Program-made: the position numbers and the translations under genes
Shown: one piece after another, positions 58,626-60,626 of the stretch
How positions within the stretch are numbered: position 1 is the stretch's first letter
Layout: every line of letters starts with the position of its first letter
Notes under the pieces: generated by a model
What the model saw: the letters and a program-made list of their open reading frames with translations, nothing else
Database searches by the model: none
What the model was told of the DNA's origin: nothing
Virus record (IMG/VR): IMGVR_UViG_3300008113_004447
Span: 1-60,626 of that record
Length of the DNA: 60,626 nucleotides
Reading direction: 5' to 3' (one strand)
Source: a virus
Taxonomy: Duplodnaviria > Caudoviricetes

Positions 58626-58859
58626 ATGAACTTTACTACTCATCACAGTCAGATACGCACACTCAAACAGAATGATCCTCGGTTTCATATCCAGGATGAA
58701 TTCACAATCACTCCCAGAGCCGGTTTTGAAATTAGTCAACGATGCCCAGAAAATTATCGAAGCCTAATTCAAGAATGTATTCACCATGGCTGGCTCAAAC
58801 CTATAGCACATGTTACTGAACGTGAACTACTTTTTATGGGACTATCTAATGAAAATTAA
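58626..58859 (+). CDS. Hypothetical protein, probably leaderless
   Basis: ATG 6 nt after TTGACA-17 nt-TATACT. Confidence 0.65.
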   Translation: MNFTTHHSQIRTLKQNDPRFHIQDEFTITPRAGFEISQRCPENYRSLIQECIHHGWLKPIAHVTERELLFMGLSNEN

Positions 58860-59016
58860 ATTTGACAAAGACACCATGCCCGACGAACTGTACAATTCGT
58901 TGTTACAACATTTTGTAAATGAAGCAGTTGGGCTAGGTGTAGAAGTAACTAAGTTTACCGAGTTTAACAACTGGGTAGTTGAGTGTACAATTAACGAGAA
59001 AGCGGCGGTGCATTAA
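58849..59016 (+). CDS. Small hypothetical protein
   Basis: Coupled ORF. Confidence 0.55.
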   Translation: MKIKFDKDTMPDELYNSLLQHFVNEAVGLGVEVTKFTEFNNWVVECTINEKAAVH

Positions 59017-60041
59017 TGATTAAACGTATTGGTTTTGCTTGCAAATGGCTAGATGATGCTACTGAAGTAAAAGGCATGAAGGTGAATGCTGTCAATAGAG
59101 AACTAAATGGTCGTAGCACTACCATGCGGTGGTTGCGTGAACATCCACTAGAAGCCGAACAACGTCAGTGGGATATCATGAATCACAATACTGTGGCCGC
59201 AGTTAAAATGATTGAGCGTGTGGCTCAACTGCCTCCTGAACGCAGAATGGTTCGAATTGGATCTGAGATGTTACAGGGATACACTGAAAAAGACTGGAAG
59301 GTATGGTGGCAACAGCCCGACGTTCAAAGCCACTTAGAAAAAATATTTGCTCCGGTAGGTGAGGCAGCTCGTAAGCATAATGTACGCATCAGCTTTCATC
59401 CAGGACAGTTTTGTGTGTTGGCATCAGAAAATCCCGGTATTGTGGAACGAAGTATTGAGGAATTTGAATATCATGCTGACATGGCTCGTTGGATGGGCTT
59501 TGGTAAAACATTCCAAGACATGAAGATCAATGTGCATATCTCAGGCAAGCGTGGCCCAGATGGTATTCGCGATGCTCTTAAACGGTTGAGTCCAGAAGCA
59601 AGAAACTGTATTACCATTGAAAATGACGAAATGTCGTGGGGTGTTGACAGTAGTCTCGAATTGGTCAATGACTGTGCCCTTGTACTAGACATTCACCATC
59701 ATTGGATTCGCACTGGAGAGTACATTCAACCCAACGATGACAGAGTCAAACGCTTGATCGATTCTTGGCGTGGTGTGCGTCCAGTGTGTCATTACAGTGT
59801 GAGTAGAGAAGACGTGTTGATTGATCATGCTGTTGATGTTGCACCCGATCACGCTCAATTGCTTGAATTAGGTTACAAAAAGCAAAAGATGCGGGCACAC
59901 AGTGATTGGTATTGGAATCAGCCCGTGACTGACTGGGCTCTCGGCTTCTGGGAGAACTTTGATATCATGTGCGAAAGCAAGGGCAAAAACTTGTCTAGTG
60001 CCCAAGTATACAACCGGGCACTAGAACTTAAACTGCCTTAG
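59016..60041 (+). CDS. uvsE: UV damage endonuclease (UvsE/UVDE)
   Basis: RIGFAC, SFHPGQF, NVH, IEND, LDIHHH, HYS, RAHSD, MCESKGK. Confidence 0.92.
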   Translation: MIKRIGFACKWLDDATEVKGMKVNAVNRELNGRSTTMRWLREHPLEAEQRQWDIMNHNTVAAVKMIERVAQLPPERRMVRIGSEMLQGYTEKDWKVWWQQPDVQSHLEKIFAPVGEAARKHNVRISFHPGQFCVLASENPGIVERSIEEFEYHADMARWMGFGKTFQDMKINVHISGKRGPDGIRDALKRLSPEARNCITIENDEMSWGVDSSLELVNDCALVLDIHHHWIRTGEYIQPNDDRVKRLIDSWRGVRPVCHYSVSREDVLIDHAVDVAPDHAQLLELGYKKQKMRAHSDWYWNQPVTDWALGFWENFDIMCESKGKNLSSAQVYNRALELKLP

Positions 60042-60240
60042 GCTTTCGTGGAGCACGTGGCTTTTTAACCGCAGCTGACTTTTTAGGTGCAGATTTAGCA
60101 ACAGACTTAACAACAGCTTCGGTAGCTTTTTCTGCTATCGGAGTTGGTATTGAAGCAACTTCAACCTTGTAAGGTACAACTTCTGGTTGTGTTGATTCTG
60201 CTGGCTTAGAGCCAAATAGTTTTTTAATAAATTCGATCAT
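60028..60240 (-). CDS. Small protein with Lys/Ala/Pro-rich tail
   Basis: AAGGAG RBS and TAAATA on the minus strand. Confidence 0.7.
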   Translation of the reverse strand: MIEFIKKLFGSKPAESTQPEVVPYKVEVASIPTPIAEKATEAVVKSVAKSAPKKSAAVKKPRAPRKPKAV

Positions 60241-60295
60241 ATCGAAATCTCCTTGGAGTTTTATTTATGATTAAAATACCAGGCTAAATACAATT

Positions 60296-60626
60296 ATGGC
60301 ATATTCAAACAAAGTTATTGATCATTATGAAAATCCTCGCAATGTTGGATCTTTTGAAAAAAACGATCCAACAGTAGGCACTGGCATGGTTGGTGCTCCT
60401 GCTTGTGGTGACGTGATGAAACTACAGATAAAGGTAGGACAGGATGGCATTATCACAGATGCGAAATTCAAAACATACGGGTGCGGCTCAGCGATCGCAA
60501 GTTCATCACTCGTTACGGAGTGGGTCAAAGGTAAGACGTTGGATGAAGCAGGATCTATTAAGAATTCTGAAATCGCCGAACATCTTGCACTCCCCCCAGT
60601 TAAAATACATTGCTCAATTCTTGCTG
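60296..60626 (+). CDS. iscU: Fe-S cluster scaffold IscU (3'-truncated by window edge)
   Basis: MAYSNKVIDHYENPRNVGS...GAPACGDVMKLQI...KTYGCGSAIASSS...LPPVKIHCS. Confidence 0.95.
   Translation, partial: MAYSNKVIDHYENPRNVGSFEKNDPTVGTGMVGAPACGDVMKLQIKVGQDGIITDAKFKTYGCGSAIASSSLVTEWVKGKTLDEAGSIKNSEIAEHLALPPVKIHCSILA

Noticed and set aside
60325-60528. Minus-strand 67-aa ORF
   Set aside because: Antisense to iscU

Overview
This window looks like a 60.6 kb segment of a large T4-like (jumbo-type) phage genome, probably from a proteobacterial host; the host is inferred from the rpoZ and iscU sequences. It opens with a heme oxygenase and a ferredoxin-dependent bilin reductase (hemO-pcyX type). Small early ORFs under consensus sigma70 promoters follow, including a tandem family of about 85-aa paralogs, and then ClpP. 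An array of about 11.3 kb holds 27 tRNA or tRNA-like genes covering all 20 amino acids. It is interleaved with structured non-coding spacers, a halogenase, 2OG-Fe(II) oxygenases and rpoZ, and a DksA/TraR gene follows it. A tail-fibre-like gene is then followed by a tailoring-enzyme island of about 23 kb (10 radical SAM, 3 TauD-like, other hydroxylases, GNAT, kinase-like, PLP-like, PP-loop and methyltransferase genes). The window ends with Hc1, thyX, a BI-1/YccA membrane protein, queD, kdsA, glycosyltransferase-like genes, uvsE and a partial iscU. The best candidate for a new system is a putative translation-sensing attenuator upstream of the tRNA array: promoter, a 46-codon leader containing all 20 amino acids within 36 codons, and mutually exclusive antiterminator and terminator helices. 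All calls are from manual motif reading; no database searches or folding programs were run.
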